Source: Blastocatellia bacterium (GTDB taxonomy: Bacteria > Acidobacteriota > Blastocatellia > UBA7656). From it: DNA of 64,000 nt. The DNA lies in contig CAVXWP010000006.1 of assembly GCA_963765495.1 (NCBI GenBank), forward strand, positions 160,001 to 224,000, written 5' to 3'. This document shows positions 21,139 through 31,030 of this stretch, one piece after another (the stretch's first letter is position 1; each line of letters begins with the position of its first letter). The position numbers were made by a program, and so were the translations under genes. The notes beneath the pieces are model-generated. The model made no database searches, was not told the origin of the DNA, and worked only from the letters and a program-made list of their open reading frames with translations.

Positions 21139-21343
21139 AACAAATTCCTTCCTTTCTTTGAATTGATGATCACTCGCTTGCTACAACTCATAAGGCGGGA
21201 ATCAGATGAGAAAGTGCTAACAGATTTGCGAAGGATCGGCTTTCGGGAATTCTCGATTCTGCGGTTGTATCTTTAGGCAGATGCAACACTGGATAGTAGA
21301 AAACAGATATGCTATTCTGGGTGCCCTCACAGAAGGGGGAACG

Positions 21344-21928
21344 GTGACCGCACCCTCGCAGAGAGAGATCACGGAACTGCTTGTGGCCTGGGGCAACGGA
21401 GACCAGGCTGCGCTGGAAAAGCTTACCCCGCTGGTTTACTCTGAACTCCATCGTCTGGCCCGCCACTACATGAAAGGAGAGCGTCCCGGCCATACGCTCC
21501 AAACCTCTGCGCTGGTCAACGAGGCTTACTTACGATTAATAGATTGGAAGAGTGCGCGCTGGCAGAACCGTGCGCACTTCTTTGCCGTCTCGGCTCAGCT
21601 TATGCGCCGTATCCTTGTGGATTTCGCCCGCTCTCGCGATTACGCCAAAAGGGGTGGTGGGGCGCGTAAGGTTTCGCTTGATGAAGCTACGGTAATATCG
21701 GGCGAGCGAGGCGCTGATCTTGTGGCTCTCGACGATGCTCTCAATGCTCTTGCGCGGCTTAACGCGAGACAGAGCCAGGTTGTGGAACTCCGGTTCTTTG
21801 GCGGGCTGAGCCTTGAAGAGATCGCCGAGGTGCTCAAGGTATCTGTCGGCACAGTCAGGCGCGATTGGAGCCTGGCCCGCGCGTGGCTCTTCAGACAATT
21901 GAGCATGAATCAGGAGAGCAGCGAGTGA
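21344..21928 (+). CDS. ECF sigma factor, kinase-associated type (TIGR02999-like)
   Basis: 'ITELLVAWGNGDQAAL', 'HTLQTSALVNEAYLRL', 'VVELRFFGGLS', 'RDWSLARAWL'. Confidence 0.92.
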   Translation: MTAPSQREITELLVAWGNGDQAALEKLTPLVYSELHRLARHYMKGERPGHTLQTSALVNEAYLRLIDWKSARWQNRAHFFAVSAQLMRRILVDFARSRDYAKRGGGARKVSLDEATVISGERGADLVALDDALNALARLNARQSQVVELRFFGGLSLEEIAEVLKVSVGTVRRDWSLARAWLFRQLSMNQESSE

Positions 21929-22049
21929 AAAAAATCTTTTTTCGTTGTTAGCAGTTTCGCGCCTGATTCGCGCCTTACCCGATGAGGTATGCTATCGGGC
22001 CGCAGACGCCCGGTCTGTTCGCTTAACTTGACTGATAAGCCATCGCCAG

Positions 22050-24322
22050 ATGGACCTTTATATGACACCTGATCGCTATCGACAAATAGGTGATATTTAT
22101 CTCGCCGCGCTGGAAGTCGCCCTCCCTCGCCGCGCGGCCTTTCTTGAGGAAATCTGCGCCGGAGATGATGAGCTTCGCAAAGAAGTGGAATCGCTGTTGG
22201 CTTCCGACGTTGAGGCAGGAGATTTTATTTCCTCTTCCGCGCTCGAACTCATAGCCGGGGAACTGGCAAAAGAGCAGGAGACAATGCTTGCGGGCAAGAG
22301 ATTCAGCCATTACCTTATCGATTCGCTGATTGGCGCGGGTGGAATGGCGGAGGTCTATCTTGCCGAAGATGTAAGGCTTCCGCGCAAAGTGGCGCTGAAA
22401 CTGCTCCCCGCTGCCTTCACTCGGGATGACGACCGCGCGCGCCGCTTCGAGCAGGAGGCTCGCACCGTTTCCGCGCTCAACCATCCGAATATAGTCACGA
22501 TCTACGAGATAGGTCGTTTCAACGGGCGGCAATATATCGCCTCCGAACTTGTAGAAGGCCGTACATTGCGCGACCAGATGGCAGCCGGAATGACGCTCCG
22601 GGAATCGCTCGACGTAGCGATTCAGGTGGCAAGCGCGTTGGCGGCGGCGCACAGGGCGGGCATCTTTCACCGCGACATAAAGCCGGAAAACATAATGTTA
22701 CGCCTCGACGGTTACGTTAAGGTTCTCGACTTCGGCCTGGCCAAACTGGCCGATGGGCGGCAGCAAGCGGGCGGCGATCAAGGGGGGGACAGGAGCCGGA
22801 TGCGAAGAGGGTCAGCACCGCCGCCGGCATGGTTTTGGGCACGGCAGGGTATATGTCGCCCGAATAGGCGCGCGGGCAGAAGGTAGACGGACGCACGGAC
22901 ATTTTCAGCCTCGGGGTCGTGATGTATGAAATGATCTCCGGGCGTTCTCCGTTTGTCGCCCCCACGCTGGCCGATACCATCGTTTCGATCCTCTCAAAAG
23001 AGGTGGCTCCGCTTTCGGCACCCGACATCCCCGCCGCGCTCGGGCGGATAGTCGGAAAGGCGCTCGTAAAATCTCGCGAAGATCGCTACCAGACAAGCGA
23101 GGAGTTGCTGATTGATCTGAAGAAGCTCAATCTGGAGCTTGAGCTTATTTCGAAGATGAGAGGCGGCGACCCGGCTCGTCTTCGCTCCGATGTTGATCGG
23201 ATTGAAACCGGGAGATTCACCGAAAGATTTACAACGCCGCTCGATGAGGATGATACCCCCGCTCACTGGCCCACACCCACTTCGGCCTCGACCACTTTGA
23301 CACAGATGCTTGAGCCGGTCGGCGGCGCGGTACCGCTCGATTCCGGTTTTTACATCCTCCGACCCACCGACGAGAAGTTTCGCACAGCCATCGCGCGACA
23401 GGACAGCATCGTGCTGGTCAAGGGTGCGCGGCAGGTTGGAAAGACCTCGTTGCTTGCGCGCGGTCTGCAACAGGCCCGCAAGTCGGGAGCAAGGGTAGTG
23501 CTGACGGATTTGCAAAACATCTCGGCGGATTCGCTCTCGTCTGTAGAAAAGCTTCTTTTTACTTTTGCCGACTGCTTTGCCGATCAACTCGATCTCGACC
23601 TTGCGCCCTCCGACATATGGAAATCCAGTCGCAGCCCCGTGACAAATTTCGAGCAATACCTTCGGCGCGGGGCTCTGCTCAAGGTGATGGACCCGATTGT
23701 CTGGGGACTCGATGAAGTTGACCGCCTATTTACCTGCGCCTTTGGGAGCGAAGTATTCGGGCTGTTTAGGTCCTGGCATAACAAGAGAGCTTTAGACCCC
23801 GAGGGACCATGGCGCAGACTCACGCTTGCAATCGCCTACGCGACCGAGGCGCATCTGTTTATAACCGATCTCAATCAATCGCCCTTCAATGTAGGCACAC
23901 GGCTCCTGCTTGAGGATTTCTCATTCGAGCAGGTGGATGAACTCAATACCCGTTACGGGTCGCCCTTAAAAGAGAGGGCCGAGGTGGCGCGTTACTTTCG
24001 CCTTCTGAGCGGGCATCCATACCTCGTGCGGCGAGGGTTTTACGAGATGGTTTCCAACAGCCTCGACCTGACGGGGCTGGAAGCCCGGGCCGATCACGAC
24101 GAGGGGCCGTTTGGCGATCACCTTCGCCGCATGCTGTTTTCGCTCTCGCAGGACAGCGAGTTGTTTGAAGTCGTGCGCGGCCTGCTCGGAGGAAAGCCCT
24201 GCCCCACGCCCGAGAGCTTCTACCGCTTGAGAAGCGCGGGGCTTGTCCTCGGAGATTTTGCGCGAGATGCGAGACTGCGCTGCCAGTTGTACGCGACTTA
24301 CTTCGAGAGGCACATGCTATGA
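22050..24322 (+). pseudogene. Disrupted Ser/Thr kinase fused to an AAA-like (AAA_35/STAND-type) ATPase
   Basis: Kinase motifs [21 protein letters not shown] and DFG in one frame; [12 protein letters not shown]...TDIFSLG continues in the -1 frame; G7 at 22782-22788 and TAG at 22865-22867. Confidence 0.85.
22919..24322 (+). CDS. Intact 3' frame: kinase C-lobe remnant plus AAA-like ATPase domain
   Basis: '[14 protein letters not shown]', Walker A 'GARQVGKTS', Walker B 'WGLDEVD', 'NQSPFNVG', 'GHPYLVR'. Confidence 0.7.
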   Translation: MMYEMISGRSPFVAPTLADTIVSILSKEVAPLSAPDIPAALGRIVGKALVKSREDRYQTSEELLIDLKKLNLELELISKMRGGDPARLRSDVDRIETGRFTERFTTPLDEDDTPAHWPTPTSASTTLTQMLEPVGGAVPLDSGFYILRPTDEKFRTAIARQDSIVLVKGARQVGKTSLLARGLQQARKSGARVVLTDLQNISADSLSSVEKLLFTFADCFADQLDLDLAPSDIWKSSRSPVTNFEQYLRRGALLKVMDPIVWGLDEVDRLFTCAFGSEVFGLFRSWHNKRALDPEGPWRRLTLAIAYATEAHLFITDLNQSPFNVGTRLLLEDFSFEQVDELNTRYGSPLKERAEVARYFRLLSGHPYLVRRGFYEMVSNSLDLTGLEARADHDEGPFGDHLRRMLFSLSQDSELFEVVRGLLGGKPCPTPESFYRLRSAGLVLGDFARDARLRCQLYATYFERHML

Positions 24323-26244
24323 ACGCGATTGAGATGCGTTATGACAGCCCCTTCTATGTTACGGGCGGGACGCTTGCGCGAGACGCTCTCTGCTATGTCA
24401 CGCGCCAGGCCGACCGTCTCGTTTATGAGAGCCTGCATAAGGGCCGCTTCTGTTACGTGCTGACAGCGCGCCAGATGGGTAAGTCTTCGCTTATGGTGCG
24501 GGCGGCCTCGCGTCTGCGCGATGAAGATGTAGGTGTAGCGGTGCTCGATCTTACGGCTATAGGCCAGAACCTCACGGCCGAGCAGTGGTATGGAGGGCTG
24601 CTCACACAGATGGCCCAGCATCTCAATCTCGAAGACGAACTCGAAGAGTTTTGGGATGACCACACGGCGCTTGGTCCGCTCCATCGCTGGATGCAGGCGG
24701 TGCGTTCCGTAGTGCTGCTGCATTATACGGGCCGGGTTGTGATCTTTATAGACGAGATAGATGCCGTGCGCAGTCTGCCTTTTCCCACAGACGAGTTCTT
24801 TGCTGGCATAAGAGAGTTTTACAATCACCGGGTCGAAGACCCTAAGCTTGAGCGATTGAGCCTCTGTCTGCTCGGGGTCGCCGCGCCGTCGGATCTGATC
24901 AAAGATACACGGATGACTCCGTTCAACATCGGGCAGAGGATCGAACTGCGCGACTTTACAGAAGCGGAGGCGCAGGTGCTGGCCAGCGGGCTGGGAAGAG
25001 ATGAGCAGCAAGAGGCGGTCTTGCTCAAAAGGATACTCTACTGGACGGGCGGGCACCCCTACCTGACGCAGAGGTTGTGCCAGGCGGTGGCCGAAGAGGG
25101 CGGGTCGGGCAGCGTCGAAGAAGTGGATCGTTTGTGCGGAGAGCTTTTTTTTGCGCGTCGGGCACAGGAGCAGGACGACAACCTGCTCTTTGTAAGAGAG
25201 CGAATACTCAGAAGCGAGATAGACCTGAGCGGGCTGCTCGGCCTCTACGGGCAGGTGCTCAGGGGAAAGAGGATCGAGGAGGACGAGACCAACCCGTTTG
25301 TCACGATTCTGAAATTATCGGGGATTACGCGCGCCGAAGATGGGCGGCTGCGGGTGAGGAATCGAATCTACAAGCGGGTATTCGATAAAGCGTGGGTCGC
25401 CGCGAACATGCCTGATGCCGAGATGAGGCGTCAGCGAGCCGCATACAGAAAAGGTCTGTTTCGGGCCGCGGCTATAGCTACGGTGATCCTGCTTGCGATG
25501 GCCAGTCTCGCTTCTGTTGCCGTCCGGCAACGCAATTTTGCAAGGGCGGCGGAAGAGGCGAATCGCTGGCAACTCTACGCCGCGCATATGAACCTGGCGG
25601 CGCGCGACTGGCAGGACTCTAACATCGAGCACATGCGCGAGCTTTTAGATCTGCAAGTGGCGGAGCCGGGGCACGCCGACCTCCGCGGGTTTGACTGGTA
25701 CCTCCTCTGGGCTTTAGCTCACCCCGAAAGCGAAACGAAACGTGTCGAGAGAAATTTCTGGGGGATCACGTTTTCGCCGGACCTGAAGTGGTTTGCCGAG
25801 GACGATAGAACGGTGGTCCAGATTCGGAACCTGGCTACCGGCAGCCAATTGAACTCTTTCAACTCCGATGGGCTGCAAGGCATGGCGGTGTTCTCGCCCG
25901 ATGGAAAACTCCTGGCAGCCGACAGCCTCGACCACTCAATAAGGCTCCGGGAGATCTCGACTGGGCGGGAGCTTCAACGACTGAAGGGCCACACAGACCT
26001 TGTCTTGGATCTGGCTTTTTCGGCTGACGGCAAAACACTGGCATCCGCCAGCAAAGATCGCACAGCCCGTGTATGGGAAGTGGCGACAGGGAGATTGCTC
26101 GTGACGCTCAAGGGTCACACGGGTCCCGTCAAGTCCGTGGCCTTTTCGCCTGACGGCAATACCCTGATCTCTGCGGCCCGTGACGGGCAATTGATCATCT
26201 GGCGCGCCGCTACCGAGCAGGAGGTAGAATCTCGCGATAGGTGA
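24319..26244 (+). CDS. AAA-like (AAA_35/STAND-type) ATPase with a TM segment and WD40 repeats
   Basis: 'YVTRQAD', Walker A 'ARQMGKSS', Walker B 'IFIDEID', 'TPFNIG', '[10 protein letters not shown]'; hydrophobic helix; about 4 WD40 repeats; ATGA overlap with the upstream frame. Confidence 0.9.
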   Translation: MNAIEMRYDSPFYVTGGTLARDALCYVTRQADRLVYESLHKGRFCYVLTARQMGKSSLMVRAASRLRDEDVGVAVLDLTAIGQNLTAEQWYGGLLTQMAQHLNLEDELEEFWDDHTALGPLHRWMQAVRSVVLLHYTGRVVIFIDEIDAVRSLPFPTDEFFAGIREFYNHRVEDPKLERLSLCLLGVAAPSDLIKDTRMTPFNIGQRIELRDFTEAEAQVLASGLGRDEQQEAVLLKRILYWTGGHPYLTQRLCQAVAEEGGSGSVEEVDRLCGELFFARRAQEQDDNLLFVRERILRSEIDLSGLLGLYGQVLRGKRIEEDETNPFVTILKLSGITRAEDGRLRVRNRIYKRVFDKAWVAANMPDAEMRRQRAAYRKGLFRAAAIATVILLAMASLASVAVRQRNFARAAEEANRWQLYAAHMNLAARDWQDSNIEHMRELLDLQVAEPGHADLRGFDWYLLWALAHPESETKRVERNFWGITFSPDLKWFAEDDRTVVQIRNLATGSQLNSFNSDGLQGMAVFSPDGKLLAADSLDHSIRLREISTGRELQRLKGHTDLVLDLAFSADGKTLASASKDRTARVWEVATGRLLVTLKGHTGPVKSVAFSPDGNTLISAARDGQLIIWRAATEQEVESRDR

Positions 26245-26508
26245 CCGCGCGCTCCACGATCAGGCAAACTTAAAACATCCGCTCTAACCGTCGCAGCGCC
26301 TCTTGTGTTGACGTAACAAGCAGGCTCGCCGAAGAGACTTTATCGGCGAGCCATTCTTTCCTCGACCACATAGTCTCAATCGAAGGCCGGACTCGTTTTG
26401 AAATATCCCTGTGAGTGTGATATATCGGCAGGGTCAGGCTTGATTGTCTGTTTGAACACACACACATCAGAGTTGTTTTTTGACCGTCACCGAAAGGAGG
26501 ACCAAGAA

Positions 26509-28383
26509 ATGCGCGCGCCTTCAAGAGCTAAAACCAGTCTCGTCGCTTTCCTTGTTCTTGCGGCAATCCTCACATTCCCGCCAAATCTTTTCGCCCAGCG
26601 AACTGCCAAGCCGGTGCTTCACGGAAAGCACTGGGTAGCGATTACCGGCAAGCCGCTTGCCGCGACCGCAGGTGCCATGACGTTTCAAAAGGGCGGCAAT
26701 GCCGTTGACGCGGCCTGCGCGATGATCGCCGCTACTTCTACGATGTGGGATGTCCTCAGTTGGGGCGGCGAAACGCAGGCGCTCATCTATAACCCTCACA
26801 CGAAAAAAGTTATAGGAATAAACGCGCTTGGTGTGGCTCCCACGGGGGCAACGGTCGAGTTCTTCAAGAAAAAAGAGATGAAGTATCCGCCCGAATACGG
26901 GCCGCTCGCGGCGGTGACGCCCGGCACGCCCGGCGGCATACTGACGATGCTCGCGGAGTACGGCAAGCTCTCTCTGGCCGAGGTCTTAGCCCCCGCGATA
27001 GAACTGGCCGACGGCTACCCCATCGAAGCCGAAACCGCCAACAGCATCGAGCGCGAAAAAGCGAGAATCAAGCAGTGGCCTTACTCGCGGCAGGTGATGC
27101 TTACGCATCCGGGCGAAAAGCGCGAAGCGCCCGAAGCGGGAGAGATTTTTCGCCAGCCCGATCTTGCGGCCACCCTGCGAAAACTCGTCGAAGCCGAACA
27201 GCAGGCGCTCAAGGCGGGCAAGAATAGAAAAGAGGCCATCTATGCCGCCTACGACAGATTCTATCGGGGCGACATCGCCCGCGAACTTGCCCGCAGCGTT
27301 CAGGAGCAGGGCGGTCTTATCACTACCGAAGACCTCGACAAATGGAAAGTTCATATCGAAGAACCGGTCAAGACCAATTACCGAGGCGTAGATGTCTACA
27401 AACTGACGACGTGGGTGCAGGGGCCCGTGCTTCTTCAGACGCTCAATATACTTGAGAATTTCGATCTCAAATCTATGGGCTATAATAGCGCCCGCTACAT
27501 CCACACGCTTTATCAGGCGATGAATCTGGCGTTTGCCGATAGAGACTTTTACTACGGCGACCCCTATTTCCCGCCCGCCGAGCCGATAAAAGGATTGCTC
27601 TCGAAAGATTACGCGCGCACTCGCCTCAAGCTTATAAACGAAGACCACAACGACCCGGAGATCGGACCCGGGGACCCTTATCCGTTTCAGGGCGAGAAAA
27701 ACCCTTATCTGGAACTCCTGAAAAAGAGGAGCGAAAAAAACCGGCCCGCGCACTCCGAAGATAATCCGCAATCGCTCGCCAATTTTGAAAAGAGCTTTTA
27801 CGCGGGAACCACTTCTGTCGAAGCAGCGGATGCGGAAGGCTGGGTGGTTTCGGTCACTCCAAGCGGAGGCTGGGTCCCGGGAGTGATCGCCGGGCACACA
27901 GGCGTAGGTCTGAGCCAGCGAATGCAGAGTTTTGTCCTCGATGAAAACGAAGACCCTTTCAACGTGGTGGAACCGGGCAAACGCCCGCGAGCCACGCTTA
28001 CGCCGAGTCTCGCGCTCAAGGACGGGGAGCCGTTTTTGAGCTTCGCCGTTCAGGGCGGCGACAGTCAGGATCAGAATCTGCTTCAGTTCTTCTTGAATGT
28101 AGTCGAGTTTGGAATGAATGTTCAGGAAGCGGTAGAGGCGGCCAACATAAACAGCTTTCAGATGCAAAGCTCGTTTGGCGATCACGAATCGAGACCCGGA
28201 AGATTGCTCTTGAGCGAAACGGTGCCGCCGTGGGTGCGAAAGGAATTGAGAGAAAAAGGATATGATCTGGTCTTTGGCTCTCGCACGTCGGGACCGATCA
28301 ATGCCATCTATCTGGATCGCAAACACGGGACCATGTGGGGCGGGTCGAGCAATAACGGCGAGGATTACGGCATCGCGTGGTAG
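26509..28383 (+). CDS. Gamma-glutamyltransferase family protein (secreted)
   Basis: 'GGNAVDAA', 'NLAFADRD', autocatalytic Thr 'GTTSVEAAD', 'PGKRPRATL'; AGGAGG SD. Confidence 0.92.
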   Translation: MRAPSRAKTSLVAFLVLAAILTFPPNLFAQRTAKPVLHGKHWVAITGKPLAATAGAMTFQKGGNAVDAACAMIAATSTMWDVLSWGGETQALIYNPHTKKVIGINALGVAPTGATVEFFKKKEMKYPPEYGPLAAVTPGTPGGILTMLAEYGKLSLAEVLAPAIELADGYPIEAETANSIEREKARIKQWPYSRQVMLTHPGEKREAPEAGEIFRQPDLAATLRKLVEAEQQALKAGKNRKEAIYAAYDRFYRGDIARELARSVQEQGGLITTEDLDKWKVHIEEPVKTNYRGVDVYKLTTWVQGPVLLQTLNILENFDLKSMGYNSARYIHTLYQAMNLAFADRDFYYGDPYFPPAEPIKGLLSKDYARTRLKLINEDHNDPEIGPGDPYPFQGEKNPYLELLKKRSEKNRPAHSEDNPQSLANFEKSFYAGTTSVEAADAEGWVVSVTPSGGWVPGVIAGHTGVGLSQRMQSFVLDENEDPFNVVEPGKRPRATLTPSLALKDGEPFLSFAVQGGDSQDQNLLQFFLNVVEFGMNVQEAVEAANINSFQMQSSFGDHESRPGRLLLSETVPPWVRKELREKGYDLVFGSRTSGPINAIYLDRKHGTMWGGSSNNGEDYGIAW

Positions 28384-28388
28384 CGCGC

Positions 28389-28513
28389 AATGATGCGTGA
28401 TGCGTGATGCGTGAAGAGTGATCCGTGATGCGTGATGCGTGACTATCAGGCAGTTGGCCGTTAATTGACAATTGCCTGTTTCACGCTTCACGAATCACGG
28501 ATCACGGATCACC
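28389..28513. repeat. Inverted heptamer element, CGTGATN family
   Basis: (gcgtgat)n, inner hairpin aggcagttg..caattgcct, then (tcacgga/tcacgaa)n; between convergent genes. Confidence 0.85.
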
Positions 28514-28518
28514 CAGAA

Positions 28519-30003
28519 TCACAAAATGCGATTCGGATCGCTCGTATCGGGTAGCTCCCCGTGATAGCCGAAAAGTTTTTGCAACACCCACACAAAGGCG
28601 CGCGATTGCTTGCGAATGTACCCCTGGTCTGCCGCTCGCCGGTTGCCCAGAACATAAGTCGGATAAGGGTGAATAGTGTCGGCGATCTTCCTTAAGCTGA
28701 TGCCGTTTCGCATGGCCAGGGCGTATTCGCCGATCATCTCGCCCGCGCTCGCTCCAAGTATGGTGACTCCGAAAATCCTGCCGCTGAACTTTTTCGCAAA
28801 GACTTTTATCCACCCTAAGATTTCGTTTTCGGTAATCGCCCGATCTATCTTTGAAAACGGAAATCTGTAGACTTCATACGAAATCCCCTTTCGCTTCAAC
28901 TCGTCTTCGCCCATCCCCACGTGCGCAAGCTCCGGGTCAGTGTAGGTGCACCACGTTATATGTCTGGAGTCGAGCGAAATCGGAAAGTGCAGCAGCGCGT
29001 TGCTCACGGCGGTCTTTGCCATGTGTTCGGCAAAATGGGTGAACTGAAATCTGCCCGCGACGTCTCCAGAGGCATAGATGTTTTTTGCCGACGTGCGGCA
29101 ATGATCGTCAACCGTTACCCCGCGCTTATCGTGATCGACCCCGGCTGCTTCCAGATTCAGACTGCCGACATCCGGCTTGCGGCCCGCTGAAATCAACACG
29201 GCATCCCCGTGTATCACGGATCGTTTGGCGGTCTTCTGATTTTCTATGGTGACGCTCAAGCCGCCGTTCTCTTTTTTAAGCTCCACGACTTTCGATTGCA
29301 AGAGGTATTGAATCCCTTCCGATGCCAGATGCTCTTTCAAAATGCCTGTAAGTTCCGAATCATCTTTTGGCAGGATTTTATCGGCCGTGTCTACGACTGA
29401 GACATCCGAGCCAAATCGCCGAAATGCCTGTGACATCTCGGTGCCGATGGGGCCGGAGCCGACTACGATCAGTTTTTTTGGAAGACGGGTTATGGAAAAG
29501 ATCGTTTCGTTTGTTAAATAATCGACCTCCTCGATGCTGTCAATCGGCGGAATTAGGGGGCTACTGCCGGTTGCGATGACAGAATATCTCGACGTGAGTT
29601 TTGAGTTTTTACCGTTTTCATCCGTAAGCTCTACGGTGTGCCGGTCCAGAAACCGCGCGCGGGCCGAGATGACTTTCACGCCGAGATTTTCGAATATCTC
29701 AGGCGCGTCGGCCTCCTTGTAAACGTGCTGCTGAACGCGGTGTATGTGCTCCATCACTCCGGCGAAATCGAATTCCGGCTGCCGGTTTTGTAATCCGTAT
29801 TTTGCCGCCGCGTTGAAATAATGGGCGACCTTTGCGGCTTTGAGGAGCGTCTTGCTCGGCACGCAGCCGTACCACGTGCAGTCGCCCCCCAATCGTTTGG
29901 GTTCGATCAGAGCGGTCTTCGCGCCGAAAGAAGCCGACATCCCGGAAGCCGTAAGCCCTGCCGCGCCTCCGCCGAGCACTACCATGTCGAAATCATATTT
30001 CAT
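28519..30003 (-). CDS. Pyridine nucleotide-disulfide oxidoreductase (MerA/Lpd-like, no C-terminal Cys pair)
   Basis: 'GGGAAG', 'GGDCTWYGCVPSK', 'GSGPIG', 'HPYPT'. Confidence 0.9.
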   Translation of the reverse strand: MKYDFDMVVLGGGAAGLTASGMSASFGAKTALIEPKRLGGDCTWYGCVPSKTLLKAAKVAHYFNAAAKYGLQNRQPEFDFAGVMEHIHRVQQHVYKEADAPEIFENLGVKVISARARFLDRHTVELTDENGKNSKLTSRYSVIATGSSPLIPPIDSIEEVDYLTNETIFSITRLPKKLIVVGSGPIGTEMSQAFRRFGSDVSVVDTADKILPKDDSELTGILKEHLASEGIQYLLQSKVVELKKENGGLSVTIENQKTAKRSVIHGDAVLISAGRKPDVGSLNLEAAGVDHDKRGVTVDDHCRTSAKNIYASGDVAGRFQFTHFAEHMAKTAVSNALLHFPISLDSRHITWCTYTDPELAHVGMGEDELKRKGISYEVYRFPFSKIDRAITENEILGWIKVFAKKFSGRIFGVTILGASAGEMIGEYALAMRNGISLRKIADTIHPYPTYVLGNRRAADQGYIRKQSRAFVWVLQKLFGYHGELPDTSDPNRIL

Positions 30004-30151
30004 AGATTTTATCCGCCATCTTCTCGGGTTTGCCGATGAGCCGTATAGTAATACCGCGCGACTTCAAGTGAAAGGCTCCGTTTTAGAAAACCAGTGATTG
30101 CCTGTTGAGAGGGCATTGCGTTGCAGGGCCATTAAATTCTCAGGAAAAACT

Positions 30152-30226
30152 TAGCGAGCTTTGCGCCTTTGCGTCTTGCGAAGCAACAGGTAGTTTCAAA
30201 GACGCAAAGGCGCAAAGTACGCAAAG
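30152..30226. repeat. Inverted short-repeat element (CTTTGCG ... CGCAAAG)
   Basis: ctttgcgcctttgcgtctt ... aagacgcaaaggcgcaaagtacgcaaag. Confidence 0.75.
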
Positions 30227-30349
30227 AGGTTTCATAAAGCAAGCTGTAGTTTTCTGAGAATTGAACGACTCCGGCGCGGGTTGTTGCCAAAGTTTGCGAG
30301 TATGTGATAACCATGAGCTTCCAGACACAAGAGTAGAGGTAAAGGCATT

Positions 30350-31030
30350 ATGGCTGAAATGTATGAAATTCCAAAGCAGCCGGATCGCGCCTATCTGAAG
30401 GCGCTGCTATCCGACCGCAATCAATACCCGGACAGAGTCGCTCGCATAGACGAGCAGTTGCGCAAGGCATTCGAGCGCAGGGTAGCGATACTTGTGCTCG
30501 ATATGTGCGGGTTTTCGCGGCTGACCATCGAATACGGCATCATCCATTATCTGGCGATGATACATCAGATGGAAGAGACCGCAACGCCTGCCGTGATCGG
30601 CAACGGCGGGCAGGTCATCAAACAGGAGGCCGACAATCTGTTTGCCATCTTCGATGACCCGGCTCACGCCCTCGAATCCGCGCTCGACATCTTTCGCGGA
30701 TTTGAAGCCGTCAACAAAGTGGTCCCGGATGCCCGCGACATTTACGGCAGCATAGGCATAGGCTTTGGCAACTCGCTCATAATCGGCGACGAAGACCTGT
30801 ACGGCTCGGAGATGAATCTGGCTTCAAAGCTCGGCGAAGACCTGGCCGAAAAGATGGAAATACTTTTGACCGAGGCAGCCTATAACGAATTGCCTTCGGG
30901 CGTCTACGCGTGCGATGCGACCAGTTTTTCCATCAGCGGCCTCGACCTTCATTGCTATCGTTTCAAAGAGAGGCTCTTCAAAAAAAATCAAACCGGCCAG
31001 TTACATCAGGAGGATTTATCGCATGGTTAA
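30350..31030 (+). CDS. Stand-alone class III adenylate/guanylate cyclase domain protein
   Basis: 'VLDMCGFSRL', 'IKQEADNL', 'IGIGFG', 'DLYGSEMNLASKL'. Confidence 0.8.
   Translation: MAEMYEIPKQPDRAYLKALLSDRNQYPDRVARIDEQLRKAFERRVAILVLDMCGFSRLTIEYGIIHYLAMIHQMEETATPAVIGNGGQVIKQEADNLFAIFDDPAHALESALDIFRGFEAVNKVVPDARDIYGSIGIGFGNSLIIGDEDLYGSEMNLASKLGEDLAEKMEILLTEAAYNELPSGVYACDATSFSISGLDLHCYRFKERLFKKNQTGQLHQEDLSHG

Noticed and set aside
22865-22867. TAG reassignment or pyrrolysine read-through
   Set aside because: TAG serves as a normal stop for other genes here (e.g. GGT at 28381, efp, rsmB), and a separate frameshift lies just upstream
28519-30003. Mercuric reductase MerA / mercury resistance
   Set aside because: No C-terminal Cys-Cys pair, no NmerA domain and no mer operon genes
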